In this document: positions 25,661 through 40,722 of the stretch, in pieces
How the letters are laid out: each line of letters starts with the position of its first letter
Position numbering within the stretch: position 1 is the first letter of the stretch
Assembly: GCA_964016885.1 (NCBI GenBank)
Contig: OZ024766.1
Coordinates: forward strand, 19,530,001 to 19,594,000
Length of the DNA stretch: 64,000 bases
Direction of reading: 5' to 3'
Origin: Eledone cirrhosa
Lineage: Eukaryota
Program-made: the position numbers and the translations under genes
The notes under the pieces: model-generated
Told to the model about the DNA's origin: nothing
The model's database searches: none
Seen by the model: only the letters and a program-made list of their open reading frames with translations

Positions 25661-27156
25661 TATTGTTTATATATTTATATATATATATACATATGTATAT
25701 ATACATACATATATACATATGTATATATACATATGTATATATACATATAAATTACACCAGAGATAGAAAACCAGAATTAATTATTTAGTTTACATAATGA
25801 GACCACAACCCATCCTATTTATTTTTAATGGGTGGGGTGAATTAAGAGTGGGGTGGTGGTGTAAAAAATCTGAAAATTAAATGAGTGAGGGTGGGGGAAA
25901 ATTATTTGAGACCAAAGTGAGGGTGGGGAACGATTATTTGAGACGAAAGTGAGGGTGGGGGAAAATTATTTGAGACCTAAGCGAGGGTAGGGGACAATTA
26001 TTTGAGTCCAAAGTGAGGGTGGTGAACGATTATTTCAGAAAAAAGTGAGGGTAGGGGACAATTATTTGAGCTACACACACATCTACTGAGTTACACACAC
26101 ATCTATTGAGTTACACACACATCTACTGAGTTATATACATCTAATGAGTTACACACACACATCTACCGAGTTACACACATATCTACTGAGTTACATACAC
26201 ATCTACTGAGTTACACACACATCTACTGAGTTACACACACATCTACAGAGTTACACACACATCTGAGTTATACACACATCTACTGAGTTATACACACATC
26301 TACTGAGTTACACACACATCTACTGAGTTACACACACAACTACTGAGTTATACACACATCTACTCATACATTTTTATAAATAGACACATTATACAAAATA
26401 ATTATTATATACACACACATCTATGAATGATTGAGGAAGAGCTGGTGAAACACTGTAGCAATATGTGTGTTTCACCCATTTTGGTTTTACCGGCTACATA
26501 GCCTATCCGTATTCTTATATCAGATGTGAAGGTGTATTATCTTGTCTAGTATGTATAATGTATGTATACACATATATATATGCATATATACATGAATACA
26601 TATATATATATATACTCATATATTTATATATACTTTATATATATATATATATATACTTTATATATATACTTTATATATATATATATACTTTATATATATA
26701 AAGTATATATAAATATTTAGACAGAAAATAGGGGAAAAATTAGTCAGAAATATTTTAAATATAAAACGGAATAAATTAATGAAAGAAACGTAAAACAGAT
26801 AAAATTTGTTGAAATACCTTGAAAATATAAAATATAGAAGAAAGAGACAGGAATTGATTGAGTTTGAAGTAAATCAATGAATGAACGAAAGTAGGTGGCG
26901 CAGGAACAGGAAATAAAGACAGTACAGTCTCGCAGTGAATGGTAAGGTTTAGCGTAAGAATTATTTTGTTCCTGGTTGTATCAATAACATTACAAATTAT
27001 ACTTAGACGAATAATATGCTGTAGTATATATATTTATCAAAGAGCCGAACAGCAAGTACAGTCTCGCAGTGAATGGTAAGTGTTAGGGGAAGAATTATTT
27101 TATTCCTGGTTGTATTAATAACATTACAAATATCAAATAGATAAAAAAACATATAC

Positions 27157-27201
<45 letters not shown>

Positions 27202-29217
27202 CACACACCAGGTCCGAACAAGATATAGAGAAAGTACAGGTTCGCAGTGAATATCTCAAGAATTATTTTATTCCTAGTTTTGTAAATAACATTACAAATT
27301 ATACTTAGACGAAGAATGTGGTGTAGTAAACATATATATATATAAACACATAAATATATGTGTATATATATATATAGAATTACCAATGAATACAGTGAAG
27401 AATTTAGTATAAAAGTTGGTGTTCATCAAGGCTCTGTCCTTAGCCCCCTCTTATTTATTATTGCCCTTCAGGCTAAAACAGAGGAGTTTAAGACTGGCTG
27501 CTCATGGGAACTTCTATACACAGATGATCTAACAGCTGAACTAGATAAGAAATTCCAAACATGGAAGCATGGCCTAGAATCAAAAGGCCTTAAAGTTAAC
27601 TTGTCTAAGACTAAAGTTCTAGTATGTAGGAAGGAAGATTGGGCACAGGTGCCCTCTGGGAAATGGCCATGTTCAGTGTGTAGGAAAGGAGTAGGTAGTA
27701 ATTCCATTTTATGTCCCAAATACAAACTATGGGTACATAACAGACGTACTGGGAACGCAGGCCAGCTATATAAGAACGTAGATTTTATATGTGGCTGATG
27801 CTCAGGTGCAATAAGTAGCAAGTTCCAGACGTCGGACCTTCAATGTATCCATACCCAGGGAGGCAAGGCATTCAGAGTATGGTAGATACTTGATGGAGGG
27901 TATTCACTTGGTTGCACGTCTCTAAACAATTTCCAGATCAATGTTCTGAGCAAGATAGGGGTTCCAGACTGGTGATGCAAATTCTAAGTGTGGCCGCACC
28001 ATAGCTATTTACAGCTTTAAATAGATAGATAAATGCATGGTCGTACACTTGTACACAGCCAGCTTGAGTTGCCAGTCCGTGGTCCATTGCTGCATTGTGT
28101 CCAGATCTATAGTGTTCAGGATCTGTCCTATTTATCTCAAAGGACAGCTTGATGTCATCTGCATATTTCAGTACTGTGACACTCTTTAAGTTGCCATCTA
28201 TGTCATTAATAGATGTGTAACGGAATTCTCCTATAAATTACTTGCCGAATCTAAAAGTTCTCGCATCTGGGACCACCTATCGTTGCGAGTTTCCCACCAT
28301 TGTCCTGTCAAGAGACAACAATGATGAACATACATGCCACTTGACCTGTGACCCCAGCTTCAAGATAGCTGAAACTCACATGGCTACTCATAAATCAACC
28401 CTGTATACACATCTAGCTATAGGGTTATTATAAATACAAGTACAAAGGGAATCCAGCAGCCAGACCACGAAGCAGTAGTCCTTAAGAGAATAATGATGTG
28501 AAACATTCACGTTCTACAGACCTCTTGGGGTCTGCAGACTTCTACTGACCTTTTACTCTATCCCTCTCTCCTGGCCTTACTTGATCTCACCTTCTCGGCC
28601 ACAGACTACAACACCAGACAATAGAGACCGAAGCAGCAGTCCTTGAGAGGAATAACAAATACTAAGGATACACACACACTCAGTAGGTTTCATTATACTG
28701 TTTACTTCTGTGTTTTATCTATTCTTTTGTCTTCCTGTTGAATCACTTCTCGTGTATCGTTGTATTGATACATACATACACGCTAGCTCGAAGTAGCTAG
28801 TCAGAAAATTGATGTAGTGATAATTCCTGTCACAATTTTTATTACTTGATATTCAATGTAGCAACAAGTTAATATTGTTATTGTAAAATAAACATTGTCA
28901 ACATCACAATTCTGGCATTATTCTTTTCATCATTCATACACAAAAGAATACATTTATCCACTACATATGCAACAAACAAAAGGGGACACAAATTTCTACA
29001 CACATACATTCACATATATATAGCGTATGTAAATTCTGAACAATACAGATTTGTCAGCACAAGTCTTGGTTACAACTTCTACAAATAAAATGAAAGGAGA
29101 AGAATTTCTTAGTAAAACAGTTTTATTCAAAATATTAACAACATTGGTGGCACAATTTTGGGTGTGTGGTATGGTTTTTATCTTGTCCGATTGTGTTGCA
29201 TTAAGTAATCTTTACAA

Positions 29218-29765
29218 GAGAATGATTTACCACAGACATCACAGTGATAAAGTTCCTCTCCTGTATATGTTAGTGTCTAGTGAAGCCACAACATTTAGAC
29301 AATGATTTACCACAGACATCACAGTGATATAGTTCCTCTCCTGTATATGTTAGTGTCTAGTGAAGCCACAACATTTAGACAATGATTTACTGCAGACATC
29401 ACAGTGATATAGTTCCTCTCCTGTAAATGTTAGTGTCTAGTGAAGCCACAACATTTAGAGAATGATTTACTGCAGACATTACAGTGATATAGTTCCTCTC
29501 CTGTAAATGTTAGTGTCTAGTGAAGCCACAACATTTAGAGAATGATTTACTGCAGACATTACAGTGATGTAGTTCCTCTCCTGTAAATGTTAGTGTCTAG
29601 TGAAGCCACAATATTTAGAGAATGATTTACTGCAGACATTACAGTGATATGGTTTCTGTCCTGTATGTATGTGTTTGTGTCTAATTGAACAAGCTATCAT
29701 GGATAACAATTTACCACAAATATTACAGTGATATGGCTTTTCTCCAGTATATATATGTTTGTATG
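29218..29765 (-). repeat. 80-bp dead-finger minisatellite (5 copies) plus decayed fingers, 3' of gene D
   Basis: Same unit, period 80. Confidence 0.9.
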
Positions 29766-29868
29766 AAGTTAATGCAGCAATGAAAGAGAATAGCACAGTG
29801 GCATGGCTTCTCATATGAATGTATTTGTGTTTAATTCACCATTTTCAGACGATGAGATATTTTTTTGG

Positions 29869-31314
29869 TTATGGGTTCACAGCCATATGGGTATATTTGT
29901 GTCTAGTTAAACTACTTGATACAGAGAATGATTTACCACAGATATCGCAGTCGTATGGCTTGTCTCCTGTATGGGTACGTAAGTGTTTAGTTAAGGTACT
30001 ACTATCAGAGAATGATTTACCACAGATATCACAGTGGTATGGCTTGACTCCTGTATGGGTATATTTGTGTCTAGTTAAACTACTTGATACAGAGAATAAT
30101 TTACCACAGATATCACAGTGGTATGGGTTGTCTCCTGTATGTATACGTTTGTGGCAAGTTAAGTGACTACTTCGAGAGAATGATTTACCACAGATATCAC
30201 AGTGGTATGGCTTGTCTCCTGTATGGGTACGTTTATGTCTAGTTAAACTACTTGATACAGAGAATAATTTACCACAGATATTGCAGTGGTATGGCTTGTC
30301 TCCTATATGGGTATATTTGTGTCTAGTTAAACTACTTGAAACAGAGAATAATTTACTACAGATATCACAGTGGTATGGCTTGTCTTCTGTATGGGTATAT
30401 TTGTGTCTAGTTAAACTACTTGAAACAGAGAATAATTTACCACAGATATCACAGTGGTATGAATTGTCTCCTGTATGGGTACGTAAGTGTTTAGTTAAGG
30501 TACTACTATCAGAGAATGATATACCACAGATATCACAGTGGTATGGCTTGTCTCCTGTATGTATACGTTTGTGTCTAGTTAAGTGAATACTTCGAGAGAA
30601 TGATTTACCACAGATATCACAGAGGTGTGGCTTCTCTCCTGTATGTATATGTTTGTGGCAAGTTAAGTTGCTACTTTGAGAGAATGATTTACCACAGATA
30701 TCACAGTGGTATGGCTTGTCTCCTGTATGTATACGTTTGTGTCTAGTTAAGTGACTACTTTTAGAGAATGATATACCACAGATATCACAGTGGTATGGCT
30801 TGTCTCCTGTATGTATACGTATGTGTGTAGATAAGTGACTACTTCGAGAGAATGATCTACCACAGATATCACAACGGTGTGGCTTCTCTCCTGTATGTAT
30901 ACGTTTGTGGCTAGTTAAGTTGCTACTTTGAGAGAATGATTTACCACAGATTTCGCAGTGGTATGGCCTCTCTGCTGTATGTATACGTATGTGTGTAGTT
31001 AAGGTACTACTATCAGAGAATGATTTACCACAGATATCACAGTGGTACGGCTTGTCTCCTGTATGTATACGTTTGTGTGGAATTAACTGACCACTTTGAG
31101 AGAATGATTTACCACAGATATCGCAGTGGTATGGCTTGTCTCCTGTATGTATACGTTTGTGTGGAATTAACTGACAATTTTGAGAGAATGATTTACCACA
31201 GATATCACAGTGATATGGTTTCTCTCCTCTAGACTTTGGCACCTCTTCTGGAATAGCCATATCTCTAGACAATGTTTCACATTTAATCTTCTTCTCACTC
31301 AATTTAGTTTCCAT
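29869..31314 (-). CDS. C2H2 zinc-finger protein D, 481 aa, 16 fingers
   Basis: Intact ORF, same leader and finger scaffold. Confidence 0.95.
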   Translation of the reverse strand: METKLSEKKIKCETLSRDMAIPEEVPKSRGEKPYHCDICGKSFSQNCQLIPHKRIHTGDKPYHCDICGKSFSQSGQLIPHKRIHTGDKPYHCDICGKSFSDSSTLTTHIRIHTAERPYHCEICGKSFSQSSNLTSHKRIHTGEKPHRCDICGRSFSRSSHLSTHIRIHTGDKPYHCDICGISFSKSSHLTRHKRIHTGDKPYHCDICGKSFSQSSNLTCHKHIHTGEKPHLCDICGKSFSRSIHLTRHKRIHTGDKPYHCDICGISFSDSSTLTKHLRTHTGDNSYHCDICGKLFSVSSSLTRHKYTHTEDKPYHCDICSKLFSVSSSLTRHKYTHIGDKPYHCNICGKLFSVSSSLTRHKRTHTGDKPYHCDICGKSFSRSSHLTCHKRIHTGDNPYHCDICGKLFSVSSSLTRHKYTHTGVKPYHCDICGKSFSDSSTLTKHLRTHTGDKPYDCDICGKSFSVSSSLTRHKYTHMAVNP

Positions 31315-33619
31315 GTTTCTTCTTCCGTTGGCAGAATTTGCAGATGTTATTATATTATTATATTTATATATTTATTTATATATTATTCTTGTCTTATTTT
31401 ATATATTATATTCCTGAAGATATTTCTTCTGCTATATTTCCGGCAACGGTGATCTCAGTCAAGATCTGAAGATGATGCAAACTTCTTTCTGATCCAAGTT
31501 TAGTTAAGGTCCAAAATCATCTTGTAAATATTTCAGATGGTGATGAAACAATACTTTTCCAAGAATTTTTCCAAGACACAGTTCTGAGGAAATATTTCAC
31601 AGTAATTCTGCCGTAGATTTATATAAACAGTGTTATATGAGTTCCGTATCAAAAGCTTTAGTCTTGAAATGATGATAAATAGAGGGGATGTATTCAAGAT
31701 TAAAAAATAATTTTATCCCAATGTCATCTGATATTCTGAAATAAGAAAGAAACAGTATGAGATAATAGAGAATACTTTAGAAACAGAGATAGATTTAACA
31801 TTGGAAATTTTATATTTCTATATTGATAAACTGTAGATATCAACTTTCCTGTCCAGAGTTATTCTCTCCAATGTAAGCAGTGATATTCCACGATGCTCTA
31901 TAAACTATATCCTTCTAACTCTTGGGAGGTCTGCTCTATAGCCTTTACCCAAGAACTTCATTCTTATATGACATTCTAACATGGTAATTGTCTGAGACCT
32001 GAGATGTGTAACTTGACAGTTCCTTGAGTAACAGTTCTTTCTACCTGGAAGGGGAAAAGTGCTGTGTAATTGCTTGATAACAGTCAAAGGATTCTCACAC
32101 ATGGCTACCCTAGGCACCCCAATAACATGACTTGTGTTAGGCTTGTAGACACAATTAGGGGAAATTTTTATTCATAGGGATTACATAATTTTAGCGCTAT
32201 TTTTTATCTTTTCTGTTTGGTTGCCTTTCCACTCATCAACCACTTTACAGCAAGGACTGGGTGTATTGTTTGTGGCACTAGAGAGGTTATTTTAATGGTC
32301 TTAAGAGCTCATATATACACATATATATACATACATATATATATACATATGTATAAATATTTATATATCTATACATATATATATACATATATATATATAC
32401 ATATAAATTTCACCAGAGATAGAAAACCAGAATTAGTCATTTAGTTTACATAATGAGACCACAACCCATCCTATTTATTTTAAATGGGTGGGGTGAATTA
32501 AGAGTAGGGTGGTGGTGTAAAAAATCTGAAAATTAAATGAGTGAGGGTGGGGGAAAATTATTTGAGACCTAAGTGAGGGTGGTGAACGATTATTTCAGAA
32601 AAAAGTGAGGGTGGGGAACGATTATTTGAGACCAAAGTGAGGGTGGGGGACAATCATTTGAGCTACACACACATCTCCTGAGTTATACACACATCTACTG
32701 AGTTATATACACATCTACTGAGTTACATACACATCTACTGAGTTATACACACATCTACTGAGTTATACACACATCTGAGTTACACACACATCTACTGAGT
32801 TACACACACATCTACTGAGTTACACATACATCTACTGAGTTACACACATATCTACTGAGTTACACACACATCTACTGAGATACATACACATCTGCTGAGT
32901 TACATACACATCTACTGAGTTATACACACATCTACTGAGTTATACACACATCTACTGAGTTACACAAACATCTGAGTTACATACACATCTGAGTTATACA
33001 CACATCTACAGAGTTATACACACATCTACAGAGTTATACACACATCTACTGAGTTATACACACATCTGAGTTATACACACGTCTACTGAGTTATACACAC
33101 GTCTACTGAGTTACACACACATCTGAGTTACACACACATCTACTGAGTTAAACACACGTATACTGAGTTACACACACATCTACTGAGTTACACACACATC
33201 TACTGAGTTACATACATCTACTGAGTTACACACACATCTACAGAGTTACACACACATCTACTGAGTTACACACACATCTACAGAGTTATACACACATCTA
33301 CTCATACATTTTTATAAATAGACACATTATACAAAATAATTATTATATACACACACATCTATGAATGATTGAGGAAGAGCTGGTGAAACACTATAGCAAT
33401 GTGTTTCACCCCTTTTGGTTTTACCGGCTACATAGCCTATCCGTATTCTTATAACAGATGTGAAGGTGTATTATCTTGTCTAGTATGTATAATGTATGTA
33501 TGTATATATACAATATATATACACATATATATATGCATATTTACATGAATACATATATATATATACACATATATTTATATATACACATATATTTATACTT
33601 TATATATATATATATACTT

Positions 33620-33651
<32 letters not shown>

Positions 33652-34054
33652 CTTTATATATATATATATATATACTTTATATATATATATATACTTTATA
33701 TATATATATATACTTTATATATATAAGGTATATAAATATTTAGACAGAAAATACGGGAAAAATTAGTCAGAAATATTTTAAATATAAAACGGAATAAATT
33801 AATGAAAGAAACGTAAAACAGATAAAAATTGTTGAAATACCTTGAAAATATAAAATATAGAAGAAAGAGGCAGGAATTGATTGAGTTTGAAGTAAATTAA
33901 TGAATGAACGAAAGTAGGTGGGGCAGGAACAGGAAATAAAGACAGTAGAGTCTCGCAGTGAATGGTAAGGTTTAGAGTAAGAATTATTTTATTCCTGGTT
34001 GTATAAATAACATTACAAATAGCACAAATATCAAATAGATAAAAGTTTATATAC

Positions 34055-34088
<34 letters not shown>

Positions 34089-34299
34089 CCACACCAGGTC
34101 CGAAAAAGTAATAGAGAAAGTACAGGTTCGCAGTGAAAATCTCAAGAATTATTTTATTCCTAGTTTTGTAAATAACATTACAAATTATACTTAGACGAAG
34201 AATGTGGAGTAGTAAATATATATATATATATATACACATAAATATGTGTGTATATATATATACATACACATAAATATCTGTATATATATATACACATAA

Positions 34300-34338
<39 letters not shown>

Positions 34339-36185
34339 CCAATGAATACAGTGAAGAATTTAGTATAAAAGTTGGTGTTCATCAAAGCTCAGTCCTTAGC
34401 CCCCTCCTATTTATTATTGCCCTTCAGGCTAAAACAGAGGAGTTGAAGACTGGCTGCCCATGGGAACTTCTATACACAGATTATCTAACAGCTGAACTAG
34501 ATAAGAAATTCCAAACATGGAAGCATGGCCTAGAATCAAAAGGCCTTAAAGTTAACTTGTCTAAGACTAAAGTTCTAGTATGTAGGAAGGAAAATAGGGC
34601 ACAGGTGCCCTCTGGGAAATGGCCATGTTCAGTGTATAGGAAAGGAGTAGGTAGAAATTCCATTTTATGTCCCAAATACAAACTATGGGTACATAACAGA
34701 CGTACTGGGAACACAGGCCAGCTATCTAAGAACGTAGGTTTTATATGTGGCTGATGCTCAGGTGCAATAAGTAGCAAGTTCCAGACGTTGGACCTTCAAT
34801 GTATCCATACCCAGGAAGGCAAGGCATTCAGAGTATGGTAGATGGTTGATGGAGCATATTCACTTGGTTGCACGTCTCTAAACAATTTCCAGATCAATGT
34901 TCTGAGCAAGACAGGGGTTCCAGACTGGTGATGCAAATTCTAAGTGTGGCCGCACCATAGCTATTTACAGCTTTAAATAGATAGATAAATGCATGGTCGT
35001 ACACTTGTACACAGCCAGCTTGAGTTGCCAGTCCGTGGTCCATTGCTGCATTGTGTCCAGATCTATAGTGTTCAGGATCTGTCCTTTTTATCTCAAGGGA
35101 CAGCTTGGTGTCATCTGAATATTTCAGTACTGTGACACTCTTTAAGTTGCCATCTATGTCATTAATAGATGTGTGAACGGAATTCTCCTATAAATTACCT
35201 GGCGAAGATTCGAAACCAAATCTAAAAGTTATCATATCTGGGACCAACTATCGTTGCGAGTTTCCCACCATTGTCCTGTCAAGAGACAACAATGATAAAC
35301 ATACATGCCACTTGACCTGTGACCCCAGCTTCAAGATAGCTGAAACTCACATGGCTACTCATAAATCAACCCTGTATACACATCTAGCTATAGGGTTATT
35401 ATAAATACAAGTACAAAGGGAATCCAGCAGCAAGACCACGAAGCAGTAGTCCTTCAGAGAATAATGATGTGAAACATTCACATTCTACAGACCTCTTGGG
35501 GTCTACAGACTTCTACTGACCTTTTACTCTATCTCTCTCTCCTGGCCTTACTGGCTCTCACCTTCTTGGCCACAGACTACACCACCAAACAAGAGAGACC
35601 GAAGCAGCAGTCCTTGAGAGGAATAACAAATACTAAGGATACACACACACTCAGTAGGTTTCATTATACTGTTTACTTCTGTGTTTTATCTATTCTTTTG
35701 TCTTCATGTTGAATCACTTCTATTGTATCGTTGTATTGATACATACATACACGCTAGCTCGAAGTAGCTAGTCAGCAAATTGATGTAGTGATAATTCCTG
35801 TCACAATTTTTATTACTTGATATTCAATGTAGCAACAAGTAAATATTGTTATTGTAAAATAAACATTGTCAACATCACAATTCTGGCTTTATTCTTTTTA
35901 TCATTCATACACAAAAGAATACATTTATCCACTACATATGCAACAAACAAAAGGGGACACAAATTTCTACACACATACATTCACATATATATAGCGTATG
36001 TAAATTCTGAACGCTACAGATTTGTCAGCACAAGTCTTGGTTACAACTTCTACAAATAAAATGAAAGGAGAAGAATTTCTTAGTAAAACAGTTTTATTCA
36101 ACATATTAACATTGGTGGCACTATTTTGGGTGAGTGATATGGTTTTTATCTTGTCTGATTGTGTTGCATTAAGTAACCTTTACAA

Positions 36186-36890
36186 GAGAATGATTTACCA
36201 CAGACATCACAGTGATATAGTTCCTCTCCTGTATATGTTAGTGTGTAGTGAAGCCCCAACATTTAGACAATGATTTACTGCAGACATTACAGTGATATAG
36301 TTCCTCTCCTGTATATGTTAGTGTCTAGTGAAGCCACAACATTTAGACAATGATTTACCACAGACATCACAGTGATATGGTTCCTCTCCTGTATATGTTA
36401 GTGTCTAGTGAAGCCACAACATTTAGACAATGATTTACCACAGACATCACAGTGATATAGTTCCTCTCCTGTATATGTTAGTGTCTAGTGAAGCCACAAC
36501 ATTTAGACAATGATTTACCACAGACATCACAGTGATATGGTTCCTCTCCTGTATATGTTAGTGTATAGTGAAGCCACAACATTTAGAGAATGATTTACTG
36601 CAGACATTACAGTGATATGGTTCCTCTCCTGTAAATGTTAGTGTCTAGTGAAGCCACAACATTTAGAGAATGATTTACTGCAGACATTACAGTGATATAG
36701 TTCCTCTCCTGTAAATGTTAGTGCCGAATGAAGTGAGTTATTTCAGAGAATGATTTCCCACAGATATCACAGTGATATGGTTTCTCTCCTGTATGTATAT
36801 GTTTGTGTCTAATTGAACAAGCTATCATGGATAACAATTTACCATAAATATTACAGTGATATGGCTTTTCTCCAGTATATATATGTTTGT
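36186..36890 (-). repeat. 80-bp dead-finger minisatellite (7 copies) plus decayed fingers, 3' of gene E
   Basis: Same unit, period 80; 3 copies at about 42790-43000, 3 at about 50050-50260, 2 at about 62795-62920. Confidence 0.9.
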
Positions 36891-36995
36891 ATGAAGTTAA
36901 GTAGCAATGAAAGAGAATAGCACAGTGGCATGGCTTCTCATATGAATGTATTTGTGTTTAATTCACCATTTTCAGACAATGAGATATTTTTTTGG

Positions 36996-38357
36996 TTATG
37001 GGTTCTCAGCCATATGGGTATATTTGTGTCTAGTTAAACTACTTGATACAGAGAATGATTTACCACAGATATCGCAGTCGTATGGCTTGTCTCCTGTATG
37101 GGTACGTAAGTGTTTAGTTAAGTAAGTACTATCGGAGAATGATTTACCACAGATATCACAGTGGTATGGCTTGTCTCCTGTATGGGTACGTAAGTGTTTA
37201 GTTAAGTAACTACTTGCAGAGAATGATTTACCACAGATATCACAGTGGTATGGCTTGTCTCCTGTATGGGTATATTTGTGTCTAGTTAAACTACTTGATA
37301 CAGAGAATAATTTACCACAGATATCACAGTGGTATGGGTTGTCTCCTGTATGTATACGTTTGTGGCAAATTAAGTGACTATTTCGAGAGAATGATTTACC
37401 ACAGATATCACAGTGGTATGGCTTGTTTCCTGTATGGGTACGTAAGTGTTTAGTTAAGTAACTACTTGCAGAGAATGATTTACCACAGATATCACAGTGG
37501 TATGGCTTGTCTCCTGTATGGGTATATTTGTGACTAGTTAAACTACTTGAAACAGAGAATAATTTACCACAGATATCACAGTGGTATGGCTTGTCTTGTG
37601 TATGGGTATATTTGTGTCTAGTTAAACTACTTGAAACAGAGAATAATTTACCACAGATATCACAGTGGTATGACTTGTCTCCTGTATGGGTACGTAAGTG
37701 TTTAGTTAAGGTACTACCATCAGAGAATGATATACCACAGATATCACAGTGGTATGGCTTGTCTCCTGTATGTATACGTTTGTGTCTAGTTAAGTGACTA
37801 CTTTTAGAGAATGATATACCACAGATATTACAATGGTATGGCTTGTCTCCTGTATGTATACGTATGTGTGTAGTTAAGTGACTACTTCGAGAGAATGATC
37901 TACCACAGATATCACAACGGTGTGGCTTCTCTCCTGTATGTATACGTTTGTGGCTAGTTAAGTTGCTACTTTGAGAGAATGATTTACCACAGATTTCGCA
38001 GTGGTATGGCTTGTCTGCTGTATGTATACGTAAGTGTGTAGTTAAGGTACTACTATCAGAGAATGATTTACCACAGATATCACAGTGGTATGGCTTGTCT
38101 CCTGTATGTATACGTTTGTGTGGAATTAACTGACCACTTTGAGAGAATGATTTACCACAGATATCGCAGTGGTATGGCTTGTCTCCTGTATGCGTACGTT
38201 TGTGTGGAATTAACTGACAATTTTGAGAGAATGATTTACCACAGATATCACAGTGATATGGTTTCTCTCCTCTAGACTTTGGCATCTCTTCTGGAATAGC
38301 CATATCTCTAGACAATGTTTCACATTTAATCTTCTTCTCACTCAATTTAGTTTCCAT
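36996..38357 (-). CDS. C2H2 zinc-finger protein E, 453 aa, 15 fingers
   Basis: Intact ORF, same leader and finger scaffold. Confidence 0.95.
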   Translation of the reverse strand: METKLSEKKIKCETLSRDMAIPEEMPKSRGEKPYHCDICGKSFSQNCQLIPHKRTHTGDKPYHCDICGKSFSQSGQLIPHKRIHTGDKPYHCDICGKSFSDSSTLTTHLRIHTADKPYHCEICGKSFSQSSNLTSHKRIHTGEKPHRCDICGRSFSRSSHLTTHIRIHTGDKPYHCNICGISFSKSSHLTRHKRIHTGDKPYHCDICGISFSDGSTLTKHLRTHTGDKSYHCDICGKLFSVSSSLTRHKYTHTQDKPYHCDICGKLFSVSSSLTSHKYTHTGDKPYHCDICGKSFSASSYLTKHLRTHTGNKPYHCDICGKSFSRNSHLICHKRIHTGDNPYHCDICGKLFSVSSSLTRHKYTHTGDKPYHCDICGKSFSASSYLTKHLRTHTGDKPYHCDICGKSFSDSTYLTKHLRTHTGDKPYDCDICGKSFSVSSSLTRHKYTHMAENP

Positions 38358-40684
38358 GTTTCTTCTTCCCTTGGCAGAATTTACAGATGTTATTCTTGTC
38401 TTATTTTATATATTATATTCCTGAAGATATTACTTCTGCAATATTTCCGTCAACAGTGATCTCAGTCAAGATCTGAAGATGATGCAAACTTCTTTCTGAT
38501 CCAAGTTTAGTTAAGGTTAAAAATCATCTGGTAAATATTTCAGATGCTGATGAAACAATACTTTTCCAAGAATTTTTCCAAGACGCACAGTTCTGAGAAA
38601 ATATTTCACACTAATTCTGCCATAGATTTATATAAACAGTGTTATATGAGTTCCGTATCAAAACCTTTAGTCTTGAAATGATGATAAATAGAGGGGACGT
38701 ATTCAAGATTAAAAAATAATTTTATCCCAATGTCATCTGATATTCTGAAATAAGAAAGAAACAGTATGAGATAATAGAGAATACTTTAGAAACAGAGATA
38801 GATTTAACATTGGAAATTTTATATTTCTATATTGATAAACTGTAGATATCAACTTTCCTGTCCAGAGTTATTCTCTCCAATGTAAGCAGTGATATTCCAC
38901 GATGCTCTATAAACTATATCCTTCTAACTCTTGGGAGGTCTGCTCTATAGCCTTTACCCAAGAACTTCATTCTTATATGACATTCTAACATGGTAATTGT
39001 CTGAGACCTGAGATGTGTAACTTGACAGTTCCTTGAGTAACAGTTCTTTCTACCTGGAAGGGGAAAAGTGCTGTGTAATTGCTTGATAACAGTCAAAGGA
39101 TTCTCACACATGGCAACCCTAGGCACCCCAATAACATGACTTGTGTTAGGCTTGTAGACACAATTAGTGGGAATTTTTATTCGTAGGGATTACATAATTT
39201 TAGCGCTATTTTTTATCTTTTCTGTTTGGATGCCTTTCCACACATCAACCACTTTACAGCAAGGACTGGGTGTATTGTTTGTGTCACTAGAGAGGTTATT
39301 TTACTGGTCTTAAGAGCTCATATATATACATATATATACATACATATATATATACATATGTATAAATATTTATATATCTATACATATATATATACATATA
39401 TATATATAGACATATAAATTTCACCAGATAGAAAACCAGAATTAGTCATTTAGTTTACATAATGAGACCACAACCCATCCTATATATTTTAAATGGGTGG
39501 GGTGAATTAAGAGTGGGGTGGTGGTGTAAGAAATCTGAAAATTAAGTGAGGGTGGGGGAAAATTATTTGAGACCAAAGTGAGGGGGTGAACGATTATTTC
39601 AGAAAAAAGTGAGACTGGGGGACAATCATTTGAGCTACACACACATCTCCTGAGTTACACACACATCTCCTGAGTTACACACATATCTACTGAGTTACAT
39701 ACACACATCTGAGTTACACACACATCTACTGAGTTACACACACATCTACTGAGTTACACACATATCTACTGAGTTACATACACATCTGAGTTACATACAC
39801 ATCTACTGAGTTACACACACATCTGCTGAGTTACACACATATCTACTGAGTTACACAAACATCTGAGTTACACACACATCTATTGAGTTATACACACATC
39901 TACTGAGTTACACAAACATTTGAGTTACACACACATCTACTGAGATACATACACATCTACTCAGTTATACACACATCTACAGAGTTATACACACATCTAC
40001 AGAGTTATACACACGTCTACTGAGTTACACACACATCTACTCATACATTTTTATAAATAGACACATTATACAAAATAATTATTATATACACACACATCTA
40101 TGAATGATTGAGGAAGAGCTGGTGAAACACTATAGCAATGTGTTTCACCCCTGTTGGTTTTACCGGCTACATAGCCTATCCGTATTCTTATAACAGATGT
40201 GAAGGTGTATTATCTTGTCTAGTATGTATAATGTATGTATGTATATATACAATATATATACACATATATATATGCATATTTACATGAATACATATATATA
40301 TATACACATATATTTATACTTTATATATATATATATATATATACTTTATATATATAAAGTATATAAATATTTAGACAGAAAATACGGGAAAAATTAGTCA
40401 GAAATATTTTAAATATAAAACGGAATAAATTAATGAAAGAAACGTAAAAAAGAGAAAAATTGTTGAAATACCTTGAAAATATAAAATATAGAAGAAAGAG
40501 GCAGGAATTGATTGAGTTTGAAGTAAATTAATGAATGAACGAAAGTAGGTGGGGCAGGAACAGGAAATAAAGACAGTACAGGCTCGCAGTAAATGATAAG
40601 TGTTAGGAAAGAATTATTTTATTCCTGGTTGTATAAATAACATTACAAATATCACAAATATCAATTAGATAAAAAAATATATAC

Positions 40685-40722
<38 letters not shown>

